DNA of 64,000 nt from Tubiluchus corallicola (GCA_030141605.1 JAQGDQ010000305.1:1-64000), one strand, 5' to 3'; numbered from the stretch's first letter, positions 13,004 to 27,100 are shown. Translations and numbers: made by a program. The notes: generated from the letters alone by a model not told the origin.

Positions 13004-13877
13004 TGCACTTACTCAGAGTACTTTTTACTTAGATATGTAAAAACATTTTTAAACAAAGCTATTATTGTCTAAATAAGTTAGTAGAAAACAAGATGACTAA
13101 TTTGTCATTTTAAACGTAAGATAGAAATTATTGCCAAACTATTAGTGCGTCAAATTTATATCTTGTCTGCATGTTTTAGTATTTAACCGACACGTTTGTC
13201 AGAGTACATTTTTGATTAATGAAATACTTTAGCAAACGAAATTGTTGAAGCATCTTCGCTTCAGCATGTTTATGCATGGGAGTAGTGAAAGCTTTGCCCT
13301 CCTGGCAAAAAGGGAAAACGCGAGAGATCAGATAACCCTTCCGGCCCATTTAAAATGCATGAAGGTTTGAAGGGGATGCAGACATGAATTAACAAATACT
13401 CACTTTTGTACAGCATAAGCCTGCCGCAATGTTGCTTCTTGCGAAATTTAACATATTTACTGAACAAACATCTAATACTAAACAATGTAATAAACTTTTA
13501 TTTTCGACTTTCGTAGCAACATTATGATTTTGGCCTGGCTGTGTGGTTTTAGTCTAATAAAAATGTTAACCTATTAAAGTCAAACATTTACAATTTAACT
13601 ACCACACAATATTTGAACTTATTAAATTACGTAGCAATATTTTAAAACGCTTTTAACCTATAGAGGTTGTAATAAATTTTACTCTACCTGATTGAGCATT
13701 AGGTCTACAGTAATTATGATTAATAATCATTTTGCTTAATTATGGTTTGTTCTTGTTGGTGGTTGGTAAATAATATATATAGAGATAAAAATAGGCTTAA
13801 TTATTGGCTGATCTGAATAAAAGAAAATACAGTAGATAGAGATAACCAGAGAACTAACATGCAGAAAAACATGTCAG

Positions 13878-13950
13878 CCTTTTTGCTAAGCAAGTGGTCA
13901 AGGCGTTCGGCTTGTAATTCGGAAGTTTCTGCTTCAAATCCAGAATCAGC
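13878..13950 (+). pseudogene. Degenerate tRNA-like sequence (Thr-TGT-like), tRNA pseudogene or SINE head
   Basis: A-box-like taagcaagtggtcaaggc, anticodon-arm-like ttcgg-cttgtaa-ttcgga, B-box-like cttcaaatcc; acceptor stem poorly paired. Confidence 0.4.
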
Positions 13951-15090
13951 TCGACTTTGTCTCTCAATTTTTTTCTTTCTTATTTGTGTGAAACGTTTTT
14001 GTACAGGCATTTTATGTAATGACTTTAAATGTGCCTGCTTGACCATTAGGCTGTTAGAGTTGAATTAATAAGTGCCATGAAACCAGGAAACTGTGATAAA
14101 TAGTGGCATGGAGTTCAAGGAGTAATCCAAGGGTTCGGTTTCAAATATAGTTACATTCCGTAATTTTGTAGGTTCATTCCGTTATAAGTAGACAATTATT
14201 TAAGAGCATAAAGTAATTTATTTTACTTCAACAGTCTACCAAGTATATAGTAAGTACATCCATCGATTAAAGACGATTATTTTATCGTTTTTGCTCTGAA
14301 CCTGATTGTTAAAAATGTGTGCCAGTATTTTCATTACCACGACATGACCTGACAATTCGCAGTACTAAAACCATTTGTCTTATACAGCGCTATTTTGCTG
14401 ACAAATGCCGTTATTAAATTTAGTAATAATTCTTTTATTAATAGTCTTTTAAAGATTGTAGACAAGATTTACGACTACCTGGTCTTTCAATGTAAATGTT
14501 CGAGTTCGTGTATTTATTGTTCAAGTTTGATTCATGAATACCACGAAAATTAAACGTACAAGAGATAAGACGGCGAATAATAAATTATCATCAAGTCTTT
14601 TAATTTTTCTTACCGGTATTTTATGTTTACTACCTTACGAATACGAGTTTTAGGTTTAGTTGTCTGTCTTGATCTTTTAGTTTCTCAATTTTTTTCAACT
14701 GATTATTACAAGTTTTGTTCGTTATACGATAACGTTAACATAAATTAGTCGAAAGGTAGTACCTATCACACAACATGTATATGAATGAAATCCTCAATTT
14801 GTAATTTGTAAATAGTTTTATCGGTTGCCCTTTATCCAGTAACGCTGTGATAGGCTGAACCCGGCTGATGGGTAAAATATTAGCAGAAATGTGAAGTACC
14901 GTACTTTAAGATAAATATCAAGTTATTCTGGTGAAAGTTTCTAGTATCGTCGAAAAAGTGACATTCCGATGTACATTATTTGAAACTTAAAATTTTTCGC
15001 TTACTTTTCTGAAATCAATATTTAGGTAGGCCTACTGATAAGGGTAAATAAACAAATCAATTGGTAAAAGAGAAAACAATACGGTGACAA

Positions 15091-15290
15091 AAAAGAAAGA
15101 AAGAAAGAAAAAGAAAAAAGAAAGAAGCAAAGAAGGAAGGACGAAAGAAAGGAGGAAGGAAACAAACAAACAAACAAACAACTGACTGACCGACCGACTG
15201 ACTGACTGACTGACTTTGTGACTGATTGAGTGAGTAATTAACTAACTAATAAGTAATAAAATAAACAAAGAATGAATGAATGAATAACTA
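15091..15290. repeat. Compound tetranucleotide microsatellite (GAAA/GAAG/CAAA/GACT/TAAC/GAAT)
   Basis: Directly visible successive 4-mer arrays. Confidence 0.85.
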
Positions 15291-15719
15291 TTATATAAGA
15301 AATTTTAATAAGGTTCTATTAAACGTGAAAGAACAACATTTATTTCGATATCGCATGTGCATCATTGCTGCCTGTTATTGCTATGGCTACTTTTTTCAGT
15401 GACATTGATTTCACTCAGGCCGAAGAAAGTGTTTTTACAAAAAAAAACTCTTGTCTTTGTCATTGAACAATTATGTTTAAGCCTATTCTCCCCGACAGCC
15501 AAAGTCTGACTAATATTCTCTAGTTCATCGAGGAATGTAGCGCAAAAATTTAATAGCTACCTTTTAAACAGTTCGTGAGGTAATGCTGCTTTTTTGCCCT
15601 AGCTTCCCCCGAGCAATCATTTAAGCATTACGCAAATGAATGAACATTTCAGGGTTTAAATAAGAAAACTATAAAACAGTCTATTAATTCAATGGCTTTA
15701 TCAATCCGATGAAGTTGAC

Positions 15720-16770
15720 AAGTGGAGGGGAGAAGGAATCTGTCGATATACGTAGAATCAGGAGTCCATTTTAGGACTTCTGTTGTTTTCATTGTTTATA
15801 TAAACGATTTGTCTGACAATATGAACTCAGTCTTTGTCAGATATTACACAGATGATGGCAAATTGTATGTAACGTTTGATTGTAAGCAAAAAATAAAAAT
15901 AAAAAATCAAGCAGTGATAAATCTTACCGAATGAGGTAATAAACGGCAGCTTGCAATTGGGTGTACTTCTTCACACAGGGCGCAGTAATACTCGTTTTCA
16001 ACACATACTAAATGGCATGCCTTTGCTAATAATTTTAGTGATTTAGGCGTTGCCGCATGCTCGTATTTAAAATTTTCCAAATACTTTTCTGACCAGCTAA
16101 TGGTTTTAAAGTAGATAACATGATATTTAACTGCTTCTTTATAAAAACTATTGACGCTTGTTTGGCATTTTACTGATCGTACGTTTGCCCTTGATAGACT
16201 ACTGTACGGAGCGTACGCCTGCGTCAAATCCACATAATGTCGCTATCACTGATAAAATTTAACATGTACGACATTTCACATAAAGCGAAATGTGTTTCAC
16301 TTTATGTCAATCATACAAGATAACTTGATTACTTATATCCACAACCTCTTGAAACCAGACATTTCATTTTCGACATTTTTGAGAATGATCATAAATTATT
16401 TTATGAAAATGGTTTAGAAAATTTACTATTGCTTTAAGTTTTAATGACTTTAACGACTTTTTTCATCTACGCGCCCAGTCTCGATCTAAGGGGGCATACT
16501 TTCAAATTGTATAAAAGCTATTATTTGCCAACAGGATAATAGAGTTTTGGAATAGTTTACCGCCAGACACTGTTTAATGCTGGCAACTTAGTGTCTTTTT
16601 TAATTACTCGATTTTAATTTTAGTGACTTTTGTAAACTTATTTGAAATTATTGCTTAAAGAGGGCCACTGTAAGTGCTTCCATGCCTGGTGGTTTTTTCC
16701 TTTCCTCAAACAGTTGTAAATTAATTTTGGTATCTGTTTCACGGATTCATGGATTGAATCAATAATATTA
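15720..16770 (+). mobile_element. Decayed CR1/L2-group LINE, RT domain to 3' end
   Basis: SGVHFRTSVVFIVYINDLSDNMNSVFVRYYTDDGKLY resembles SGVPQGS..GPLLF..YINDL...YADD.KLY; downstream frameshifted RGHTFKLYK and WNSLPPDTV motifs typical of CR1-group C-termini; AT-rich tail. Confidence 0.75.
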
Positions 16771-17403
16771 ATTATTAATATTAATGTACATTAAATTTAG
16801 TCATATTTTGACGTGCGAAAAATAATTTTTAATGCAAAAAAGATTTATTTCTGTTTTTATCTACCAAACAGGAGTTACACTAACTGTTTGTAGTGCGTTT
16901 TAAAAATGATAAAATAAACTTATTATTTACGCGCAAGCACCTTACAGTAAATCTGGTATTAACTTTTACAGAGCACTAGGAAAGTTACAACAAAAGTAAA
17001 ACGAATAACTTTGTGGTCAAAGATGTGTACTTAACAACCGAGGTGGTTAGGCAATGTTAAACCTGGTCAGTAAATGATGGGTTCAGCAAAAAATGCCTCT
17101 AGGCACAATGCTTAATCTGCCATAATTTTCGGGCACTTTATTTCATTCGGGTTTAATACTCCAACCGAACGTATATGAATATGGCTACCATTTTTATGTC
17201 TCATCATAGAGGATTGTCAATGCTAGTGAGAGATAGCCGGTTCCACAGTCAGTAAAGTATCGAAAGGATTTTCTAGTTGCCTTTGAAACAAATGAGAGTG
17301 ATCAATTTAGATCATATATTACAGACTTAAACCTGTATCAGATTTGTTTGCCAGGTGGGCTAATCCCTGATAAAGCCACTAATTAACCATTTCTTTAAAA
17401 TTT

Positions 17404-17413
17404 AATAATAATA

Positions 17414-17495
<82 letters not shown>

Positions 17496-17555
17496 CAATG
17501 ATGATGATGATGATGATGACAATGATGATGATGATGATGATGATGATGGTGGTGG

Positions 17556-17586
<31 letters not shown>

Positions 17587-17589
17587 AAT
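17404..17589. repeat. (ATG)n microsatellite
   Basis: Directly visible; source of the poly-M and poly-S ORFs. Confidence 0.95.
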
Positions 17590-17916
17590 AATTCTGTTAA
17601 CACGCCATATGACAGTGAATATTTTTACAAAAGGATTTTATTTTTCTAACACTAGACACCTACAAATTTCTACCTGTAATAATCTTTTCTTTTCCGAGAT
17701 GCGTTTACAGCGAAGTGAACGATTCGCATCCACGACACCAGGTAGCAGCACATTTTGAAGTGCCGATAGCATACCTGAGAAAAAATGTAGAAAGATATTG
17801 TTAAAAACCAGCTGTTAAATTATGCAAAATATATTTACTATTATTGATCGTTAGTCTTAAATTTGCTTAGAGTCCCATTTAAGTACAACGGGATAAATTT
17901 GCAATCATTTCCGCAC

Positions 17917-17989
<73 letters not shown>

Positions 17990-18000
17990 TAACAATAATA
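17590..18000 (+). repeat. Dispersed ~330-bp repeat, copy A, with (TAA)n tail
   Basis: 17590-17917 is the reverse complement of 24167-24496 with about a dozen substitutions; followed by an (ATA)n array. Confidence 0.9.
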
Positions 18001-18171
18001 TCATCATCATCATCAACGTCATCATCTTCACCATCATCACCATAATGGTGACAATGATGAACATGTTTAATGACTGGAAAATATTAATCTCACTGCTATT
18101 TAATAGTAACAATTTAACCTACGCTATTTCAGATTTGTTGTGATCGGCAATCAGTTTCATCACAATCTCAT

Positions 18172-18366
18172 ATGGCTCCAGTACCAGGACGAGCGAAGTC
18201 CACGAAATCCTGGGTCAACTCATCGTCATGGAATGCGGTCAAGTTGCCGGGACAAGCGCGTCAGTCCGTGATCCGGTATATAGATACGATCCATCTGCTG
18301 AAGTCGCCCCATCCAGTACGAGCTGGAGAAGGAGTAGGACCGGAGTCGTTAGTGGAAGCATACGAG
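18172..18366 (+). CDS. CH-SAM gene coding exon 1 (MAPVPGRAK...LVEAYE)
   Basis: Acceptor tatttcag| at 18132, ATG 18172, donor gag|gttagc, phase 0. Confidence 0.7.
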
Positions 18367-18932
18367 GTTAGCATGATTATTCCATGTTCTGTAAACTTTT
18401 GAGTTCAGTTAGTGTCAGTTATTGTAGTTCGGCAGTAGGAGTAATAGCAGGAGCAGAATCAGCGTTAGGATTAGCATTAAGGTATGTTGGTGCCCTAAGC
18501 ACACCGAGCACCCGGTTACCCCACCTTTCTCCTTTGCCGATGACATCGCGTGCACGATTTGCGATTCAAAGCGTTACGTGATGCAAATTATCGACATTAT
18601 ATATAAAACAAACGTCATTGCTCTGTAGGCTTATGGGAAAAATGCCGCTTAAATTCTTTATTGATTTCACATGAAATTTTAGTTAAATAAATCAGCTACA
18701 AAAAAGGTATGATGATTGCTAACAGCAAAAAATAATCATTTTCCTGTAGCCCATTACCTCACATTTTGAACTGTGACTTACTTTTGTTAAAATTTTATCT
18801 GTTTTCAATGTATTCATTTTTTGCCAGCTTGGTGTTCCTTAAACCTTGGTGTCCTTGTACGTGCTTAGTCTGCTTATGCGTTATCCGACCCCGGTTAGGA
18901 TGAGCAGTAGCAGCAGTGACAGCAATAGCAAT

Positions 18933-18964
<32 letters not shown>

Positions 18965-21900
18965 GAATCAGACGAAACAATAGTACAGCGCCAAAATATT
19001 GCTCTTCAGATTTTCTGAGGTGTAAGGAATTTTATATGTTGACGGCTTATGTGTTGAGATGCTGACTGTGCATACATTTCAGTTCCTGGTCCATTGTGCT
19101 ATTACGTGTAATGGTAATAATAAAAAAACACCTAACAATAAATAAGAAGTCCAGTGATTCTCCTTACCCCATTTTATCGGCTACTAAACCGCTAAGTCAA
19201 CAAATTTGAGGCACTTATGTGCGGCGAAATATAGCATAATTGCGCTGCTTTTAAAAGCCCGCAAGCCTCTTATGATTGAAAATGTGTTTACGTTAGAGAA
19301 CTTGAATCTTCAGTGGATTATAGAAATGGATAAGTCTATAGGCTCGTTGACTAAGGTATGGTGCGAGTATTTTCTAAAAAATACTAGCTTTTCCCACAAA
19401 TAGATAAATGTTGCAATTTATTTTGGTAATATTTATTCACTGCAAACAAGCCGCCCGGCACTCAAAGTGAGGGCTAAGTGTCGCCTTTGATAGGAAAGAT
19501 CAGTTCCCAAACTAAACTGGTCTGGTATGCCTTTATGGGCCTTTATAGCAAACGGAGGACCTATGATTAGGCGCTCGTGCGGTTGGCCCTCATATGTAAG
19601 CGTCCTTTTATTTGGGGTAGGAAATATAAAATCAGTGCAGATATATCTAAACCTGAAGCACTATAACTTCCTAGATGCAAGCGAACTAAACATTAACCGC
19701 CAGATTGCTAAATAATTACATGTAAATCATCAATACTTGAAAATGTTGGCCAGGTTAATTGGTAAGCTAGGTTTATCACCAAGGACTAGGTGGTCCGATT
19801 GTTTAACACAGTGCTTAAAGGTAAATGTTTAAATTCCAGGGTAATCATTTTCAAATATTTGATACTTATTGTGTTATCCGTCTATTTTTATTGATGATTT
19901 TGAGATTAAAGCGAAAATTTAGAACATAAAGTCTTTGCATGTTTTAGGTTTCACGCACATATTTAGTACTATGTGTTTGTAAGAAAATAGAAAATGGGGA
20001 TTCTTAAATAATATTATTTTTGAATACTGTTAGTTGCTAACATACTACACTGATACATTTAACTTGTTCTAGAATCAATACATTATAGAGCTTAAACGAC
20101 TTCACTAAATTTATTACTAAAAACACTTATGTGTTGTTTAGGTTTTGTAAAGTGGTGCATTACATTCTTTTGTTGAAAGTGCAACTTTGATTTGCAAATT
20201 TGCCTTATTGTACATGCGACTGACACTAATAAACTAGGAACTGTGAACTTTCTGCATCACATCATAACTGTTTTGCGGGGTGTGTGCAGAATGCACCCAA
20301 CAGGTACGGACACGTTTAAAACAATGATAAAAAAGGAAAGCCGTATTACATGTATTACACCAATACTCTGATCTCATCCACTTACGTTGAGTTTTCAGCT
20401 TTTTACTCCGCAAGGAATAAGTCACGTTCGTTTTTTACATTTTTGTCTTTGTTGCGTGTCAGCGTGCTAGTCTTTTTCACGAACTTTTCGGTAGCAGTGA
20501 TCTAGATTACGCTGGCCAAAATTGAAGAATTCACTCTTAAAGAAAGGCGCTGGTAATAACATGATTACTTTGATTGTATTTGGATTAACAGTGCTAACGC
20601 ACAGCACACACAGCGCTCAGCAATCCTGGGAAGCAGTTGACCTATTAAACTTAGTTGTGTTCAAAAGTAAGATTTCTGCCGAGTTGGTTTAGTTTTAGAA
20701 GTTACTAATTGTTCTTCTACATGATTTTCGTCTTAGGCGCAGATTACTTGGGTGAACTCACTTCTGGAGAAGAGTAAACGAAAGTGCATATCTGATCTGT
20801 GTAAAATGATGGCAGATGGTTCCTTCCTTCCAAAAATACTTGAGATCGTTAGTAAGTGTGCTATTACATATATGTAAATAAGCATGTAATTGTCTATCTT
20901 ATAGTATCTAATAATATTACATATTACAGTTGTATTCATATTATTATTCCATTATTGTAACTTCTGATAATAAGGGTGCTATAATAAAATTCAATGTAAT
21001 TTACGAATTTCTGTTAGTTTAAAATTACGTAACACTATTGTAACTTTTAAAACAGATTTGATTGCTATTAGTTACAGAAGTTACTTCGAAAGTAATTGTT
21101 TGCGACTATTGTTGGTGTTACTAATAAATGGGTTAAGTAAGTCATATTAATACTAATATTAAGTATTAATATTAAACTTACTCTCCTTAAAACTGTGTAG
21201 GTAGATGGCATCACGCCATTTTTACTTCAAGATTTTGTAATAGTGACGTCAAAATGCGCCGAATTTAGTGCCTTTACTGAAGTATGGCACCATCATTTTC
21301 AGCTTGTGATAAAATGCCTGAAATCAAGGAGAAACCTGGTCAGCGAGAAGAGAAATTGCACAATTTACACAGTTGTTTAATTTTCCTCAAAAAGAAAGGG
21401 GTGGATCTCAGTGACGTCACTGCAGAAAGTGAGTTGCTGAATTATCATAGAATATTTCCTATTATTATTTCTTATTAGAACACCACACTTCTTTACACCA
21501 TGCCATATATGATACAACACTATAGAACACCACACCACATCCCATCATATATCACCTCATCATGCCACACCACACCATGCCATACCATAAGACATTTCGC
21601 TACACTACTTCACGGCATGCTATCAAAGCTTGGTATACACCACACAAGGCATTACCATACATTCAGCATCACACTTTGCAACACCACACTTTGCATAAAA
21701 TGTTGAGCATTAAATTCTGAGAGTTCATAATCTTAGTATTTAATGTAGCAATAATTTATCGCATTACTCTAGTCACTGCATCACATGCCGCACCACGCCA
21801 CACCACTGTACAGCACATCACACTACAACACTGTGTTATGCACCCGACACATATGGGAACCCTCAAATGAAATTGAAGGAATCCAGGTGATTGCTACAAA

Positions 21901-24074
21901 CCGCACCATGACAAGCACATCACATTATTGGGCATCATATCTCGTGTAGTAGGTAGCATACTATACTGCATCAACTACGTCAACTATGCTAGTGGTATAT
22001 TTTGCGTTGCAGTGGTGCATGCTACTTTGCATTACTATCACAACTAATACTATTTCTATTACTATTACTATTACTATTACTATTACTATTACTATTACTA
22101 TTACTGTTACTGTTACTGTTACTGTTACTGTTACTGTTACTGTTACTGTTACTGTTACTGTTACTGTTACTGTTACTGTTACTGTTACTGTTACTGTTAC
22201 TGTTACTGTTACTGTTACTGTTACTGTTACTGTTACTGTTACTGTTACTGTTACTGTTACTGTTACTGTTACTGTTACTGTTACTGTTACTGTTACTGTC
22301 AACGTGGCGTTACTATTACTATTACTATTATTTTGCAACTACTATTAAGTTGGAGTCTTTTACTAACTATTACCATTAAAATTTGAATTTCAGATATTGC
22401 AAATGGAGAGATGACACCAATTCTTACATTACTCCACAACATAAGGCTGGTCTATGATGTAAGTTTCATCAGAATGTACTTTTTAATATATTAACTGCGG
22501 TGCTTATCATCTACTGCAAAACAGATGACCACACTGCCTCTTAGCGTATAGGGTAAATTTCTTGACAAAATCTTTGTTCAAAAAAACACTAAAAGCTTTT
22601 CCCTCTTTCGCGATTTGTTGAGATGATACATGTGCGGTTGTAGTTGAAATTCTTAAAGCCTTTGTGGTTTTAAAAATTTACTTCGTTAAACTGCATACTT
22701 TCTTACTGGGCTTTGTATTATATTACCAGCATATTACACGTGTGACAATAATTGAACACTAGAGTGCGTGTAAGTATCTTCGTAATATAACGATGTGGTG
22801 ATTTTATTTACTCGGACTCATGTGTTCCCTGCACCCCCCCCGGGTTTATTTTCCTGCATTTGCTCTACATGTTGCTGTCGTTGTTACCATCATCAATATC
22901 ACTGACATAGTTTTAGCATCACCTTTTTGCTTTACTTGCTCCAGTTTGTTTCTTATTGCATGGTATATAAACTTATTTAATTTTTTAGCCAGAGTATGCT
23001 GCCGTTCAGTACAGCAATCTACTCAGGGGTATCATGCCTCCGCCTCCAGATGACAGGCCCACACCACCGCCTTGGAAGAACCAACTGTTTCCTCAGTCTC
23101 CTGTCAACGGATATTATTCTCCTCAAAGTCAAACACACAATGGTACCCCTTCTATTATCCCTCGCGAAGACCGTTCTTCTCACGAACCTCCCCATAATCA
23201 AAAAAATATCGGTGCCTTTTCCGGTAGCTCCGCGCAGATTTCTGCCCCTCCCCATGAACGGAAACATAATGTTTCCTGTTCAGTCAACTCCCGAGTATCT
23301 TCATCTGAAACTCAGGCGGCCCAGTTGAAAAGTCCTTGCACGTCTGCTCAGGTAAAAAGTCCTTACACATCTTCTCAGGAGCCTCCAAAGAAAAAAGGGG
23401 TGATCGCCCCATCACAATCTTCGACGGAACAGACAACTGTTTCCTCTCATCCGTCTTTGTCCAAAAATTCGGTTTCACCATCTCGGAAGCCCAAGTGGCC
23501 AGTTCTACCGGTCACATTTTCTGTCCCTCCGTTAGAATACGATAATAAACAAAAAGAAGATGATGGAGCCAGTGTTAGATTGGACAAGCTGCTCATGAAG
23601 CCAAATGATGTGAAAAACGGCATGTATAAATGCGACTATAAGATTAGTCCAGAAACAGCAGGTAAACAAGAATATGATACATTTCACAACATGTTTGCTA
23701 CCACAGAAACTTTAGGCAGTTCAAATCTTTGATTACTGTTAATGAATAATTATTGTTGTTTGCGTTTTTTTCATTTCGTGCATATGAACATTATGAAACG
23801 GTTATGTGAAACAGTGTTTGTTTATTTCTTTAATTATCTATATTTGTGTACAAATTTATAACGCTGTCAGAATATAATTTTTTTGTGTGAATATAGGTTA
23901 AGCAAATTTCAGGGATACTTTATATAATATACATTTATTCACACATAAGTTTACATGTGATACAACAGGGCTATTTGCATCGCAACGTTATGATGTTAGT
24001 AATGAATATGATTTTCACTAATAGCACAATGAACCTTCAAATGCATACTTATTATTATTATTATTATTATTATA

Positions 24075-24169
<95 letters not shown>

Positions 24170-27100
24170 GTGCAGAAATGATTGCAAATTTATCCCGTTG
24201 TACTTAAATGGGACTCTAAGCAAATTTAAGACTAACTATCAATAATAGTAAATATATTTTGCATAATTTAACAGCTGGTTTTTAACAATATCTTTCCACA
24301 TTTTTTCTCAGATATGCTATCGGCACTTCAAAATGTGCTGCTACCTGGTGTCGTGAATGCGAATCGTTCACTTTGCTGTAAACGCATCTCGGAAAAGAAA
24401 AGATTATTACAGGTAGAAAGTTGTAGACGTCTAGTGTTAGAAAAATAAAATCCTTTGGTAAAAATTTTCACTGTTATATGGCGAGTTAACAGAATTTTTA
24501 TACAAATTTTATAATTTTACATTTTTTTATAATTTTTTATTCAAAACTGCAAGTAACTATTTCTTCTGGTAATAAAAAGGATTTTAAAAAAATTAAGAAC
24601 AAATCTTATTCGTTCTTAATTTTTTAAATCATGCTTCATTGCATGAAGATGACTGTTAGTGCGCAGTTGGCATTTTTACAAAAACTGAAATAAGATTTTG
24701 TTGATGTTGTGGATATTTATTAAACTGATGTCGATCTTGCTATTAAGAATTTGAACACTTTATTTTTATTCATATATAATAATTAAACATTTAGTAAGTC
24801 TGCCAAGAAATTTTTTGCTTTTTATGATGTTACTGCTTTTGAAATTTTGTGTAGTAATCGCTTTTGAGTTATATTAATGACGTTGTCTGCAATTTACATT
24901 GTCAGGTATTAATTTTCTTGGATTGGTCAATTACGGAAGAAAAGCACTTTTGCCTATAGAAAAACAGTAGGCCTAAAGTATCAGTTATAATAGTGATTAT
25001 ACGAGAATTTTTCTGAATATTCTTTTCTTTTCCTTCTTTTCGTTTAGTCTCAGTCAGACATCAGGAAGTGTGGAAGCGATGACCATGTTTCTTCAGGTGG
25101 AAAATTGGAGAAACGTTTATCTAAAAGCGAGGGTTACATTCCAGAGGTACAAGTTGTACTATTATATGTAACTGGAAGTCCAACGTGTGACACACTCGTT
25201 ATTATAAAGATATTGAAATAAGATACATAGTCACATCCAGGAAAAACTCGCCTGGAAACTTCGTGTCATGTACAACAGTTAATTCCTGTGCTAAACTTGA
25301 GGCGTAGATATTACAGTGTTTTCTGCATGGTCTTTGGAAAAGTTAAAGCGAATTTTGTTAAAACATTTGCACTTTACAGAAAGACTGTATGGTCACTCGT
25401 GATCAGCTTGTGATCACAAGCCATAATAAATGTTATTAATTTTTTGAAAAAAATTGGTAATAATTTTCCTTAGCTGCTGATGCAATATGCGATCGTGGTT
25501 GTCGTGGTAATGGTTTGAACTATTCAAATTATTAATTTTGCGTTCTTTTTGAAATAAAGTGTAAATTTTAATGGACTTCTTTTGCATCCGCAAACGAATA
25601 CGTATGTAGGTGACAACCATTGGCTGCAAAGTCAACCATGAGCTGTTCTCTTCACAAAAACAAATAGTTTTTACTCAACAATTAGATGTACATGTTTTTT
25701 GCCGAAAGATGGCACTAGCACTGGGTTTTGAGTTGTTTTCACCAGTCTCTTCTTCCTTTGCGATTTTCCTTTGTGATGTATTCGGTCTCTGGAAGAGATG
25801 GGAACAATTTTAGATAGCAGTGGTGGTAGTAGTGGGGTGATGATGTTGTGGTAATAAAATGGGTGGTTGCAGACTTGCAATGTTGCTAGTTATGGAAGTG
25901 ATGACGATGAAGTTAATGATATTGATGCTAATCGTAATGACGATAAGCTTGTTGTTGATGATGAGGTGGTGGTGTGATGGTGGTGGTGATGCTAATGTTG
26001 ACACCGATGATAGTGATACGATGACAATGATGACAAATGTTTTCACTTTTGCGTAGTATTTTTCAGAAAACGTTCCCAAATGTTTTCCCCTAAAACTGGC
26101 AACCTGTTAAGATGTTTGAAGAAAGAAATTCGGCTTTAAGCTTAGTAATTTCTGGGATAATAAATAGTAGTATATAAAGATTATAGGAAAGTACTTATGG
26201 GTTTCGTAATGACGCGCAATAATATCACAGTTTTTGCCACCCTTTTTTCGCAGGCTCATTAGTCACAGTTGTACTAATAGTGCATTAGTTAATGTCATTC
26301 TGTGAGGTCTAGTACAAAATAGGTCAAGTACAAAATAGACAGCTATATTTCCATATGTTTGATAGTGTAGTGATTAGTTCAACACGTACTTAATGAAGTA
26401 AAAATTCAGCGAAGTAATATCCTACATGGAACTGCAGAAAAAGAAACATATTTATTGTACAGCTAGGCTCTACGCCTACAACTCCTTGATTTCCAACTCA
26501 TCTGATAGAAGTTGAAATAAAAGTAAACACTTCCATTGAAAAATTATTTCATGTTTGCGTCTGGAGTTTTTTACTGACAGCTGCTGACATAATTTCATTC
26601 ATAAACCATGATTCATCTGTACAATTCAAAGTTATTAAAGCAAATAGCGTCTCAATTGTAACTCTAAATCTTGCCTCACAACAAAAGCCATACCAGTTTG
26701 AGATTGCTCACCATTGCTGTTGAAAGCACAGTGGAAAGTCGAAGAGCAAACATCGTAAATCCGACGGATGGGCGACCTCATGTGTCCGGAGTCCAAATCA
26801 TGATTATCTTTTGCTTATTCTAAAAGAGAGGTCATGCCGATTTTATTTAGTTGCGAAGGTAAGTTTCATGATTTGCTAAAGGTAGAAGTGTTCATTTAGA
26901 TAGCGCCGCAATGTGGAAGTTTAGTTTTATTGAAAATTGCAAATTTCGGTTACTATCCCAACGCGTGGATTTGATTATATATTTCGCAGAAGATACCAAG
27001 TGTTTCCTAAATTCGTTGGCACAGCTGCATGGTCGGTTTGATTTTAGACTTTAGAATCACTTGTCCAGTGTCCAAACTCTGTGCATCTAATGTTAGCAAA

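Noticed and set aside
17379-18112. Poly-M, poly-S, poly-I and poly-L ORFs
   Set aside because: Translations of trinucleotide microsatellites.
21961-22379. (VT)n ORFs resembling antifreeze or amyloid repeats
   Set aside because: Intronic hexanucleotide microsatellite lacking stops in some frames; lies between CH exons.
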